DNA of 64,000 nt from Planctomycetota bacterium (GCA_035628505.1 DASPJR010000215.1:1808-65807); one strand, 5' to 3'; shown: positions 25,901 through 36,425, numbered from the stretch's first letter. Notes: a model not told the origin generated them from the letters alone. Program-made: numbers and translations.

Positions 25901-27936
25901 TCACTTCCGCGTGCTCGACGATGATCTACCGGGATGAGTTCCTGTTTCCGGCGTCGGCCGACATGCATGCTTTCACCTGCGAGCCCTTTCACAGCCTGAT
26001 GCATCACGAAATCCTGCGTCATGACGGCGTGAGCTTCAGTGCGCAGCGGCCGGATGATGAAAAGGAGAGCGAATTCCTCGCTTCGTCCAGCCGCTGGTTC
26101 AAGCCCGTCATGGTCCGCATGGGCCCGGATGGAGCGCTGTGGGTCGCCGACATGTGCCGCCTGATGATCGAGCATCCCGAATGGCTGCCGGCCGAAGGCA
26201 AAGCTGAGATGGCGCCGATCTACCGCGCCGGAGAAGATACCGGTCGCATCTTCCGCATCGTGCCGAAAAACGCCGCGCGGCGCGCGATCCCGAATCTTTC
26301 CGCGCTCACGCCCGCGCAGCTCACGGCGCGCCTTAGCAGCGCAAATGGATTTGAGCGTGACCTCGTCCAGCGCATGCTCCTCTGGCGCGCTGACAAAATG
26401 GTTGAGCCGGAACTTGCGAAAATCGCACGCAGCGGCGAGCGGCCTGCGTCGCGCGCCCAAGCGCTGTGGACACTGCACTGCCTTGGCGAGACACCGGCGG
26501 ACGTTCTTATCGCTGCCCTGAGCGATGCCTCGCCTGCTGTTCGTGAGCAGGCTGTGCGTATCGCCGAATTTCACGGCGAAAAAGCCGATGTACGCGGCGC
26601 GGCGCTTAAGCTGGCCGGCGACCCCGATGCCAAAGTCCGCCTGCAGCTGGCTTGGACAGCGGGTACGTGGAAGGAAGCCGAAGCGGGCAAGGCGCTGGCC
26701 TCGATTGCCCTGCGTGATGTGAGCGACAAATACATCACGGCGGCTGTACTCAGTTCGGCGGTGCCGCACTGCGCGGCTCTTTCCAGTGAACTCCTCGCCG
26801 CTGGGCCAGCCGGGCAGGCCTACTTCGAGCCGCTGCTGAACACTGCTTTGGCCACGCAGCAGCGCGAGGCGCTTGCGGTGCTGCTGCGCGGCGCGCTCGC
26901 GGCTCCTGAAAAAAGTGCCCAGATGAATGCGCTGTCGGTGCTGCTCGAAGCAATCCGCAGGCGGGGCGCCTCGCTTGAAAAACTACGCTCATCGGCCGCG
27001 GACGCGCTGACGACGGAACTCGAAAAAATTTCGGCCATTCGCGAGAATGCGCGCACGCTTGCGGCGGCATCTGATACCGAAGCATCTCTGCGTGCCGCAG
27101 CAGTCCGGTTGCTCGGTTATGACAATGAACAGCGCGAGAGCGCAGCGGAGATTCTCAAGCCGCTGCTCGCGCCGCAGACGCCCACCGACCTGCAGCTTGC
27201 GGCGGTAAAGTCGCTGGCGCGGCTTGGCGGTGAGCGCGTCCCGGAAAACCTGCTCGGCGGCTGGAATACGTATGGGCCCTCACTGCGCTCGGCGATTGCC
27301 GATGAGCTGCTCAGCCGCGACGAATGGGCGCTGGCGCTGCTGAAAAGCATTGAAGCGAAGAAGGTCGCTGCAATGGAACTTGACGCGCAGCGCCGCGAGC
27401 GGCTGCTCAAGCACAAGACGGCGGCGATCAAGGACCAGGCGAAAAAGCTCTTCGCGGCGACGGTCAACGAAGACCGGCAGAAAGTCGTCGATGCTTTCAC
27501 GCCGGCGCTGAAGCTCACGCCTAACCGCGACAATGGCGTGAAAATTTTCGCGCGTGCCTGCATTGCCTGTCACAAGCTCGATGGCGTCGGGCAGGAGATC
27601 GGGCCTGATCTGCGCTCGGTCGCCGCACATGCGCCGGAGAAACTGCTCGCGTCGATTCTCGATCCGAGCCGCGCGATCGAGCCCGGCTACATGGCGTTTG
27701 CCTGCGTGCTCAACTCGGGCGAGCAGGTTTACGGCCTCATTACCGCCGAGAGCGGCGCGAGCATCTCGATGAAACTGGCCGACAACACGATGCGTTCGAT
27801 CCTGCGCAGCGAGATCAAGGTTCTGCGCGGCACGAATGTCTCCCTGATGCCTGAAGGTCTTGAAGCCGGGCTCAGCCAGCAGGACATCGCCGACCTGATC
27901 CATTATCTCAGGACACCAACCACGACCAAGAATTGA
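22903..27936 (+). CDS. giant secreted multidomain protein: neutral-ceramidase-like N-domain + LamG-like lectin domain + TIGR02604-like dehydrogenase beta-propeller + HEAT repeats + TIGR02603-type CxxCH heme-binding domain
   Basis: I chose start MYKQWIATRRTRMRFSIPLSFLFCVLTWTCVSG. The ORF-track start at 22204 overlaps the AraC gene. VAATHTHSAPS ceramidase-like motif. LamG-like segment (WVHVALVRDGKNVIVYLNGKPE). FDWGPDGRLWVAEMADYP propeller. HEAT region (AVREQAVRIAEF). CIACHKLDGVGQEIGPDL...SLMPEGLE heme domain. Confidence 0.85.
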   Translation: MYKQWIATRRTRMRFSIPLSFLFCVLTWTCVSGENAFRAGIASVDISPQKFPVRVNGGFTSREAGKLLDTLEAKALALDDGKMRIVIVLVDSCMLPRTLIDEAKELAAKTTKIPTENMLVAATHTHSAPSAMGCLGTPPDDVYPQLLPGKISQVIENAVAALQPAKVGWGSVQAPEYTNCRRWIRRFDKLLTDPFGEKNVKANMHPGYLSPDAIGPSGPVDSELGILSVQTADGKPLALLANYSMHYFGAGMLSSDYFGRFAKEVARRIAPQQDANSFLVIMSQGTSGDLYWADYSKPAKSLGMDEYAAAMAAKAQAVYEKIKHQDSLTLAMREAKLTLGFRLADEKRMAWAKSVVAGLNGRLPKTIPEVYAHEQIFLAERPTAELKLQAVRIGDMAFTAIPNEVYSITGLKLKAQSPLKPTFNIELANGSEGYIPPPEQHTLGGYTTWPARTAGLEVQAEPRIVEALLKLLEDVSGKPRQKLIDTHGAYAENVLKAKPLAYYRLNEISLPQALDASGNGRHAQYEEKIALYLSGPDSAAFSGEAVNRAPHFAGGRLRAPAKPGGKYSVSFWLWNGLPKDVRDVAGYAFSYGADKAAQAPGDHLAIGGKAIAGGKVLFFNGDTLNQVLEGKTEIPLKTWVHVALVRDGKNVIVYLNGKPEITGEAASSVPAEGAEFFFGGRNDHLFDWEGKLDEAAIFDRVLSADEVAAQFAASGMPGIAAAPEAAPKTPAQNLKAPTPQEALAALRVKDGFEVQLVAAEPLTLDPVAFDWGPDGRLWVAEMADYPLGMDGKMKPGGRIRVLEDTNGDGVYDKSTLFMDDVRMPTGIMVWRGGVLVSAAPEIIFASDTNGDGKADERKVLYSGFKEGNPQLRVNALRWGLDGWVYCANGWSNGTVKSAATGESVDISGRDLRIQPDTGRMETISGVTQFGRERDDFDHWFGVNNSFPVWHYVLNERYAKRNPHVPALDPIKQLVLPRNPKIFPIAPPEKRYHSFNEAGRFTSACSTMIYRDEFLFPASADMHAFTCEPFHSLMHHEILRHDGVSFSAQRPDDEKESEFLASSSRWFKPVMVRMGPDGALWVADMCRLMIEHPEWLPAEGKAEMAPIYRAGEDTGRIFRIVPKNAARRAIPNLSALTPAQLTARLSSANGFERDLVQRMLLWRADKMVEPELAKIARSGERPASRAQALWTLHCLGETPADVLIAALSDASPAVREQAVRIAEFHGEKADVRGAALKLAGDPDAKVRLQLAWTAGTWKEAEAGKALASIALRDVSDKYITAAVLSSAVPHCAALSSELLAAGPAGQAYFEPLLNTALATQQREALAVLLRGALAAPEKSAQMNALSVLLEAIRRRGASLEKLRSSAADALTTELEKISAIRENARTLAAASDTEASLRAAAVRLLGYDNEQRESAAEILKPLLAPQTPTDLQLAAVKSLARLGGERVPENLLGGWNTYGPSLRSAIADELLSRDEWALALLKSIEAKKVAAMELDAQRRERLLKHKTAAIKDQAKKLFAATVNEDRQKVVDAFTPALKLTPNRDNGVKIFARACIACHKLDGVGQEIGPDLRSVAAHAPEKLLASILDPSRAIEPGYMAFACVLNSGEQVYGLITAESGASISMKLADNTMRSILRSEIKVLRGTNVSLMPEGLEAGLSQQDIADLIHYLRTPTTTKN

Positions 27937-28060
27937 ACGCTCCGAATGCCCTTAGCTGCTAAAGAGCCCGGAAAATCCGCGACGTCTCCTTATAATGCGC
28001 CACGCTGAATGCGCTCGCGCGCTCAAACGTCCCGTTTGTTGCATACATGGAGATCCGCCG

Positions 28061-28948
28061 ATGAAGCCGGCAACGCTCGCTTTTGCCTGTCTGTTTTCTC
28101 TTTCGCTGCTCTCGCTCCGCGCCGAAACCCCCGCGGAGAAACTTAAGGCGCTTGGCGCGAAGGTCACCGAAGCCGGCGGCGTGGTGACGCAGGTGCAGGT
28201 CGACGCGGCCAAGTTCACCGCAGACGATTACAAGACGCTCAACGCCTGCACGCAGATAAAAAAGCTCACCATCAACGGTAAGACACTCAACGATGCCGCG
28301 CTGGCTTCGCTTTCGGGCCTTGAACAGCTTGAAGAGCTCAGCACCAACGAAACGCAGCTCAGTGACGAGGGCTACAAAGGCTTCCAGGCATTTAAAAAAT
28401 TGCGCTCGCTGGCGCTTTATCATCCCTCGTGGGATCTAAAGACGTTCACCGGCACGGGCCTGGCGCATCTCAAAGGCTGCCCCAATCTAACGCGGCTCAC
28501 GTTTGCAGGCTCCACCGTCGGCGACACGGGGCTCGAAGCCATCGGGCAAATCTCGCAGCTCAAGGAGTTTCTGATCTGGCACACAATGCAGACTCAGGCC
28601 GGCAATAAGCATCTGCTCAATCTCAGCCTTACGTTCCTGAAAATCGGGCAGCGCCTGCCGAGGTGGGGAACGACGCCTGCGCCGAGTTTCGATGCCAGCA
28701 CGATTCCGCTGATTGCGCAGATGAAATCGCTCGAGCGCCTGGAGCTTTTCGAAGCGCGCCTCACCGCTGAAAATCTTCAGCCGCTGAAGGAACTGCCGAA
28801 GTTGAAGCTGCTGTCGATCCACACCTGCGACATCTCAGCGGCGGATATCGATGCCGTTAAAGCCGCGCTGCCGCAGGTGAAAGTCGACTTCAAGCCCATC
28901 ACTGATGCCGACAAGGAAGCGACGCTGGTTAAGAAGCTTAAGCTTTGA
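28061..28948 (+). CDS. secreted leucine-rich-repeat protein
   Basis: ATG 28061 (MKPATLAFACLFSLSLLSLRA) with GGAGA RBS. LRR-like L-rich periodic repeats throughout. Confidence 0.75.
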   Translation: MKPATLAFACLFSLSLLSLRAETPAEKLKALGAKVTEAGGVVTQVQVDAAKFTADDYKTLNACTQIKKLTINGKTLNDAALASLSGLEQLEELSTNETQLSDEGYKGFQAFKKLRSLALYHPSWDLKTFTGTGLAHLKGCPNLTRLTFAGSTVGDTGLEAIGQISQLKEFLIWHTMQTQAGNKHLLNLSLTFLKIGQRLPRWGTTPAPSFDASTIPLIAQMKSLERLELFEARLTAENLQPLKELPKLKLLSIHTCDISAADIDAVKAALPQVKVDFKPITDADKEATLVKKLKL

Positions 28949-28979
28949 GAAATTGGTGTCAGTGCTTTGCTTTTGTTTT

Positions 28980-29013
28980 CCCCTCCCCTTGCGCGAGGGG
29001 TTGGGGGGAGGGG
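28980..29013 (+). terminator. GC-rich hairpin (cccctcccc...ggggagggg) downstream of the LRR gene
   Basis: Inverted repeat read directly from the sequence. Weak T-tract. Confidence 0.35.
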
Positions 29014-29152
29014 TTAGCCGCCGATGGCAGAACGAACCTCGACAACAGTTGAAACAGACGTTTTCGTTTCACAGTTTCAGTTTTCATTGGTCATTTAGCA
29101 GCGTCTGCAAAGCAGCGCCGTGCAAAATGAGTATGAGAATGGCGCTATGAAT

Positions 29153-29192
29153 AAAAAAAGCGGGCTCGAGTGTCGCGAACACTCGAGCCCGC
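29153..29192 (-). terminator. Rho-independent terminator of groEL
   Basis: Perfect 13-bp stem gcgggctcgagtg-tcgcgaa-cactcgagcccgc. On the minus strand it is followed by the T7 run (A-run 29153-29159 on plus). Confidence 0.8.
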
Positions 29193-29343
29193 ACGGTTCC
29201 ATGCCCCCTTTCGCTCTCCCCAAGAGGCGGGAGTGAAAGACTGCCGGGGTCCAGCTAGGTGAAAAACACTTCTTCTGGCAAATTGCGAAGCGGACCTGTC
29301 GTTTGATCCGCCCCGCGTTATTTCAGGAACTTATCGGCAGCTA

Positions 29344-30966
<1,623 letters not shown>

Positions 30967-31037
30967 GTGTGTCGGTCTCCTTAAGTTTTAGAAATCCGGA
31001 ATCTGGTTTAAACACGGGCAAAGAGCCCGCGGCGACA

Positions 31038-31334
31038 TTAGCTCTTTACGATGGCCAGGACATCTTCTTCCGGCATCAGCAAAAGTTCTTCGCCGTCGAT
31101 CTTCACTTCGGTGCCGGCATAGGAGGCGAACAGAATGCGGTCGCCCTTCTTGACCTGGAAACCGCCGCGCGAACCGTCGTCGAGCAGTTTGCCGGAACCC
31201 AGGGCGATGACCTTGCCTTCCTTCGGTTTCTCTTTAGCGGCGTCCGGAAGAACGATACCACCGGCGGTCTTCTCTTCAGCCTCCAGGCGGCGGACCAAAA
31301 TCTTGTCTCCCAAAGGATTGACGTTCGTGGCCAT
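31038..31334 (-). CDS. groS: co-chaperonin GroES (Cpn10)
   Basis: MATNVNPLGDKILVRRLEAEEKTAGGIVLPD...98 aa. RBS taaggaga. Lies 71 nt upstream of groEL. Confidence 0.97.
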   Translation of the reverse strand: MATNVNPLGDKILVRRLEAEEKTAGGIVLPDAAKEKPKEGKVIALGSGKLLDDGSRGGFQVKKGDRILFASYAGTEVKIDGEELLLMPEEDVLAIVKS

Positions 31335-31389
31335 GTCTGTGCAGTCTCCTTACTGAAACACTGAATCGTTTATTCGTTGAACGGTCAAC

Positions 31390-31405
31390 GCGCGCGAAGT
31401 TTAGC
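31390..31405. promoter_or_regulatory. CGTTGA-N4-TCAACG inverted repeat in the groES upstream region. Candidate operator. No canonical CIRCE found.
   Basis: cgttgaacggtcaacg lies about 60 nt upstream of the groES ATG. I looked for TTAGCACTC-N9-GAGTGCTAA in 31335-31560 and found only a weak resemblance. Confidence 0.3.
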
Positions 31406-31669
31406 AACCTGAAGGCCACACCCGAAAGCTGTTCTAAGTCCATAATCGACAATTGGTTATCATGCTTGAGAGGGCCTAAGAGATAAAATATTCGCCAAAA
31501 TCACGTCAGACTGACCCGCTCAGCCAAGGTCTCAACCGTCAGAGTGGCTCAGAAGTGGGTCCGGAGTCTAATTGTCGGGAGTCTGGAGTCCAGGAGGTCC
31601 CGACTGCCGACTCAAGACTCCTAGACTCCCGACTCAAGACTCGCTACAACGGTGTGCGGAGGAGGGGTT

Positions 31670-32473
31670 ATGCGAGAACTTTCGTGGGCCGCGTTGGCGG
31701 CGTGTGCGCTTGTGTCTGGATATCTCTGCGCGGAAGAGCCGGCAGACATCCAGATCGAGCCCAACGGTGTGAGACTGATTGCGGAAGACAAAAGCCCCGA
31801 CAAAGTGCTGCGCGCATTCAACGGCGAACCGGGTGCGACGATATCCCTCCTGATTTCAGCGCCCGCCGGCGGCCTGGTCCACATCGACAACAAGAACAGT
31901 ACGATCTCGAAGTTCACCGACGACAAAGGCAACGATCTGCTTACGCGCAAGGATCCGTCCAGCCCCGCGCAGAGCGGCTTCAGCATGTTCCGTATCGCCC
32001 GCGACGGCAAGAACGGCGCCGTTGAAGTGAACGGTCCCAACGCGCCCGCAGCCGGCACGACAAAACTGCGGCTTGAAGGATTGCTGACCGTGCTGTGCGC
32101 GAAGAACACGATCGAACACGTGGTCAAAGACGTGGCGCTGAAGAATGGATCCAAGATCACCGGGCCCAACCTGGAACTGACGGTGGATCTGGTCGGCAAG
32201 CCCGAGGTCGGCACGGAACCGCTGGGACTGATTCTACGGGCGTATCGCGAACTGGACGAAGTCGCCGACGTGCGCTTTCTCAAGGCCGACGGAAGTGAGA
32301 TCAAAGCCACACGCGTGAGCACCGCAAAAATGGGCATTCTCGGGAATCTGACCGTCGAATGGAGCTACAATCTCGCCGAAAAGGTCGACGCCGCGACGGT
32401 GAAGCTGCTGCTCTGGAGCGACCTGCAGAAAAAGCGCGTGCCCTTCAAGCTCGACGTCGACGTGGGATTGTGA
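31670..32473 (+). CDS. secreted hypothetical protein
   Basis: ATG 31670 follows ggaggagggg. Signal peptide MRELSWAALAACALVSGYLCA. No recognisable domain. Confidence 0.65.
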   Translation: MRELSWAALAACALVSGYLCAEEPADIQIEPNGVRLIAEDKSPDKVLRAFNGEPGATISLLISAPAGGLVHIDNKNSTISKFTDDKGNDLLTRKDPSSPAQSGFSMFRIARDGKNGAVEVNGPNAPAAGTTKLRLEGLLTVLCAKNTIEHVVKDVALKNGSKITGPNLELTVDLVGKPEVGTEPLGLILRAYRELDEVADVRFLKADGSEIKATRVSTAKMGILGNLTVEWSYNLAEKVDAATVKLLLWSDLQKKRVPFKLDVDVGL

Positions 32474-32848
32474 GCGCGCTTTGACATATTCGCCAAGGAC
32501 GCCAAGGCGCCAAGAACGCCAAGAAGTTTTGATTCATTAAATCCAAAATTACCAGCAAAAGCCGGCGCCAACCCCGACAGGACTGTCGGGGCCACCAGCA
32601 TGAGTAAGTAATCTTCGGCAGCTTGCCGTCACACTCCCGTCTTTATTCTTCGTGTCTTTGTGTCTTCGTGTTGAGCCGTTCCATTCAAGAGCCAAGAGCC
32701 GCCAACAGCCCCCGACAAACCCTAACGTCCCCTCTCCATTATGCCGATAACAGCCTATCTCGGATGGACTGTCGCAACGGGCAGCCTGCGAGCTTGTTTG
32801 AACTCTGCCGTATTCCCTTGGGGGGGAAGAAGTGGAGGGGATGTCAAA

Positions 32849-35821
32849 ATGGAGGGAGTAATGACGAGCGACAACGCCCGGGAAACACGCGCCATTGTCA
32901 CCGGCATGGGGCTGGTCTGCTTCGCGCTTTTTGCCGGAGTCAGCCTTTACACCCATTCACCCTACGACGTGATGGACTACAGCGCGGCGCAGTCCCATGA
33001 AATCGAAAACAAGGCCGGACTCATCGGCGCCTGGCTCGCGCATCACGCCTTCTGTGTCTATGGCGTCGGCGCATGGGTCATCGCCGTTCTACTGCTCGTC
33101 TTTGGCGGCGTGATGTGCTCGCTGCGTTCCATGGAAGGCGCCTTCAGCAAGTCCATCGGCGCGGTGCTGCTCACGCTGCTGGTCTGCGCCTGGGCGGGAG
33201 CAATGGACGTAAAAGGCGCCGTTTCCGAGTCCTTCCCAGCAGGCCCCGGCGGATTGCTCGGTGGAACGGTGCTCGCGCCGCCGCTGGTGAGTTACTTCGG
33301 AAAAGTCGGCGTGTTCCTGATTCTCTCGGCCGCCAGCACGCTCTGCTGCCTGCTGATTGCTCCGAGCCTCACTGAATCGCTGCTGTCGATGGTTGGACGC
33401 GGCGTGGTTCAGGGGCTGCATGCGGGAGTTGATTATCTGCTGGGCAAGCACGCGACGCCGGCGACGGCTCCGTTCACGCCGGCTGAACCGGCCCTGGCGG
33501 GTGCGTCGAGTTCGGGCGTCAGCGCACGGCGGCAGGCGATCCGTGACGAAAACGTTCAAGATATCGGTTCGGAAGTTTCGCGCGTCAACATGCTGCCCGC
33601 ACCCGACACGCGCAAGATCCGCATCCCCTTTGGCGATCTGCCGGAGAAGGGCGAGAAATCAGCCGAGAAAATCGAAAAGGCCGAGAAGGGTGGGGGAGAG
33701 GTCACGCCGGCCAAGCGCGCTAAGGTGGCCGAAGCGCTGGACGAGATTGCCGCCGAGAAGCTGGCCAAGTCGCGCATTGATGTCGAAGAAGAGAAGCCGA
33801 AGGCCGAGAAGAAATCGAAGGCGGAGCTCGACGCGATCAGTGAAGCCGACGAAGCCGAGCGCCGCAAGCAGGAAGCCGTGCGCCAGGCGGAGGCCGCCGA
33901 AGCCGAACGCCTGGAGCGCGAGAAACAGGCCAAAGAGCAGTTCCTCAAAGAGCAGAAAGAGGCCAAGGCTTTTGAGAAGCTCGAGAAGGAGCGCGCCGAA
34001 AAAGAAGCCAAGCTCGCCAAGCAGCAGGAGAAATTCCAGCAGGCGATGGCCGATGCCGCTGCTGCCGCAGCGAAAGCTAACGGTACCGCCGAGAAGACCG
34101 AAGAGGGCGAAGCCGAACCCGAAAAGCCGAAGCCGCAGCTTCCCGTCAACTATGATCTGCCGAAGTTTGAACTGCTCTTTGAGAAAGATGAAGCACCGCC
34201 GCCTGACAGCCTGGGTTTGAAAGAACGCGGCGCGACGCTGATCCAGACGCTCTGGGATTTCAAGCTCGGCGCCAAGCTCGTTGGCATCCAGACCGGCCCG
34301 ACGGTGAGCATGTACGAACTCGAGCTCGATCCGGGCATCAAGGTTCAGCGCGTGCTCAGCCTGCAGGATAATCTGGCGATGGCGATGAAAGCTGAGCACG
34401 GCGTGCGCATCATCGCGCCGATTCCGGGCAAGGCGACGATCGGGATTGAAATCCCCAACAGCGAGAAGCACAAGATCTGCATGCGGCCGATCCTGGAATC
34501 ACCGCAGTTCCGCGCCAAGGCCGGCACGCTGCCGCTCATTCTCGGCCGCGACGCCGTCGGAAATCCGCTCTTCCCCGACCTGGCGACGATGCCGCATCTG
34601 CTCATCGCCGGTACGACCGGTTCCGGAAAGTCGGTCTGCTTGAACTCGATCATCTTGAGCCTGATGATTCTCAAGAAGCCGCATGAAGTGAAGATGATCC
34701 TGGTCGATCCCAAGCAGGTTGAAATGACCGACTTCAAGGGCATTCCGCATCTGCTCTGTCCCGTTGTCACCGACATGAAGCTCGCGTCGGGCGTGCTCAC
34801 CTGGGCCGTGCAGAAGATGGAACAGCGCTACGAACGTATGAGCCGCGTGGCCGTCCGCAACATCGCGACGTTCAACAAGATGACCAGCGAAGAGCGCCTT
34901 GCGCGTTTGCCGGCCGACGTTCCGCCCGACGACTACATCGACCAGATGCCGTACATCGTGATCATCGTCGACGAATTCGCCGACCTGATGATGACGGCCG
35001 GCAAGGAAATCGAGCAGGCCATCGCGCGTCTGGCGCAGAAAGCGCGCGCCGCCGGCATTCACGTCATTCTCGCCACGCAGCGCCCGAGCGCCGATGTGGT
35101 CACCGGCCTGATCAAGACCAATTTGCCCTGCCGCATCTGCTTCCAGGTGAAGAGCAAGATCGACAGCCGCATCGTTCTCGATACCGGCGGCGCCGAGAAG
35201 CTCGCGGGCCACGGCGACATGCTCTATATCGGACCCGGCAACTCGAACCTGGTTCGCGCCAAGGGCGTCTTCACGGACGACAAAGAAATCAAGCCGATCG
35301 TGCAGTTCTGCAAAGACCAGGCCGAGCCCATCTACAGCGACGAGATCGAGAAAGTGGTCGCGCAGGCGGCGCAGGGCGAAGACGGCGAGCCCATCGAAGA
35401 GAACAACCGCCAGGCTATCGAGCTCGACGAGAAGTTCGACGAAGCCGTCGAAGTGTTCCTGGCCTGCGGACGCGCCTCCACGTCGCTGCTGCAGCGCCGC
35501 ATGGGCCTGGGCTACACGCGCGCGGCGAAGCTGTGCGACCAGATGGAAGCGCGCGGCATCGTCGGTCCCGATCGCGGCGCGAAGGGCCGCGAGCTGCTTA
35601 TCAGCCAGGAAGGCTGGGACAGCTTCAAGCGCGTGCGCGCGAATAACAATGGATCAGCCTGGGGCCCGAAGGGCAGCAAAGACAACCCCGGCGCTCAGCC
35701 CGCTCCCGCGCCAGCCGCTGCAGCTGTCATGGAAGAGGAAGCCCCGAAGCCCGCGAACATCGTCGATCCGGAGCTGCTCAAGCAACTGCCCGACGAGAAC
35801 ACGCCGCGCGACGAGATCTGA
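32849..35821 (+). CDS. ftsK: DNA translocase FtsK/SpoIIIE
   Basis: N-terminal TM helices. Long K/E/A-rich linker. Walker A GTTGSGKS. Walker B region (IVIIVDEFADLM). Gamma/winged-helix C-terminus (STSLLQRRMGLGYTRAAKLCDQMEARGIV). Start MEGVMTS at 32849 with GGAGGGG RBS. ORF-track start is 32741. Confidence 0.93.
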   Translation: MEGVMTSDNARETRAIVTGMGLVCFALFAGVSLYTHSPYDVMDYSAAQSHEIENKAGLIGAWLAHHAFCVYGVGAWVIAVLLLVFGGVMCSLRSMEGAFSKSIGAVLLTLLVCAWAGAMDVKGAVSESFPAGPGGLLGGTVLAPPLVSYFGKVGVFLILSAASTLCCLLIAPSLTESLLSMVGRGVVQGLHAGVDYLLGKHATPATAPFTPAEPALAGASSSGVSARRQAIRDENVQDIGSEVSRVNMLPAPDTRKIRIPFGDLPEKGEKSAEKIEKAEKGGGEVTPAKRAKVAEALDEIAAEKLAKSRIDVEEEKPKAEKKSKAELDAISEADEAERRKQEAVRQAEAAEAERLEREKQAKEQFLKEQKEAKAFEKLEKERAEKEAKLAKQQEKFQQAMADAAAAAAKANGTAEKTEEGEAEPEKPKPQLPVNYDLPKFELLFEKDEAPPPDSLGLKERGATLIQTLWDFKLGAKLVGIQTGPTVSMYELELDPGIKVQRVLSLQDNLAMAMKAEHGVRIIAPIPGKATIGIEIPNSEKHKICMRPILESPQFRAKAGTLPLILGRDAVGNPLFPDLATMPHLLIAGTTGSGKSVCLNSIILSLMILKKPHEVKMILVDPKQVEMTDFKGIPHLLCPVVTDMKLASGVLTWAVQKMEQRYERMSRVAVRNIATFNKMTSEERLARLPADVPPDDYIDQMPYIVIIVDEFADLMMTAGKEIEQAIARLAQKARAAGIHVILATQRPSADVVTGLIKTNLPCRICFQVKSKIDSRIVLDTGGAEKLAGHGDMLYIGPGNSNLVRAKGVFTDDKEIKPIVQFCKDQAEPIYSDEIEKVVAQAAQGEDGEPIEENNRQAIELDEKFDEAVEVFLACGRASTSLLQRRMGLGYTRAAKLCDQMEARGIVGPDRGAKGRELLISQEGWDSFKRVRANNNGSAWGPKGSKDNPGAQPAPAPAAAAVMEEEAPKPANIVDPELLKQLPDENTPRDEI

Positions 35822-35850
35822 ACTCGCACCACAAGACTCAGTCTTTCAAT

Positions 35851-35886
35851 CGCCCCCCATTCGTAATGGGGGGCGTTCGTTTTCAA
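35851..35886 (+). terminator. Rho-independent terminator of ftsK
   Basis: Perfect 9-bp stem cgcccccca-ttcgtaa-tggggggcg, followed by ttcgttttc. Confidence 0.8.
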
Positions 35887-35895
35887 TCCACCATT

Positions 35896-36425
35896 GCTGA
35901 GCTTGCCTGTTGTCTCATCCACTTTTCCTCGCCTTACACTAGAGGGTAGATTTGTTGCATAACAGTTTGACTAAGTCGTGGCAGCCACAGGAGTAAAAAA
36001 ATTGAAATGTTGCGCTTCGTGTTGCGCAACACACAAACCAAGGCGTGAAAACACGTTGCAACTTCGAACTTTCAATATTTAGACAAGTAGCTGAAATGTT
36101 ATATCCAGAGCGAACGGCACGCGTCACGCAAAGCTGCGAACGGATGGTTCCTAGTTCCCGGTGCTGTAGTCTAATATCTGGATGACCATCTGGGTTACTA
36201 GTTTCTGGCTCTGCATTTTGGTTTTGGCGAGACGGAGCACCGCCTGCGGTTTTGGGTTTCGGTACCGTCAGGCTGAAAGCCTGGGATATGAAAGCCCAGG
36301 GCAAAGCGAGCCGCGCGAGCGCCGCCCTGGGTCAGCGCACCTTTCGAGATCCTGAGCCCTGACAGGGCGAAATAAAGAGTAGTCTCTGATTCAAAAGTTG
36401 AGTAAGATGTCCCCGGAACTTCCCA
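35896..36425. repeat. about 520-bp direct repeat, copy 1 (left boundary of AT-rich island)
   Basis: 35899-36130 is about 95% identical to 39479-39710 (gagcttgcctgttgtctcatccacttttcctcgcc...). The middle diverges and is GGTTTT-rich. The 3' about 150 nt is again near-identical (caggctgaaagcctg...gccctggg...gagtagtctctgattcaaaagttgagtaag). Confidence 0.85.

Noticed and set aside
25405-26769. 454-aa minus-strand ORF
   Set aside because: It is antisense within the giant multidomain gene.
33659-35212. 270-aa and 237-aa minus-strand ORFs
   Set aside because: They are antisense to ftsK. The FtsK translation carries Walker motifs; these ORFs do not.
35939-36304. 121-aa and 120-aa minus-strand ORFs (35939..36304 and 39519..39881) that look conserved
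   Set aside because: They lie inside the 520-bp direct repeats, so the conservation is nucleotide-level. There is no RBS or domain, and the substitutions are not biased toward synonymous sites.
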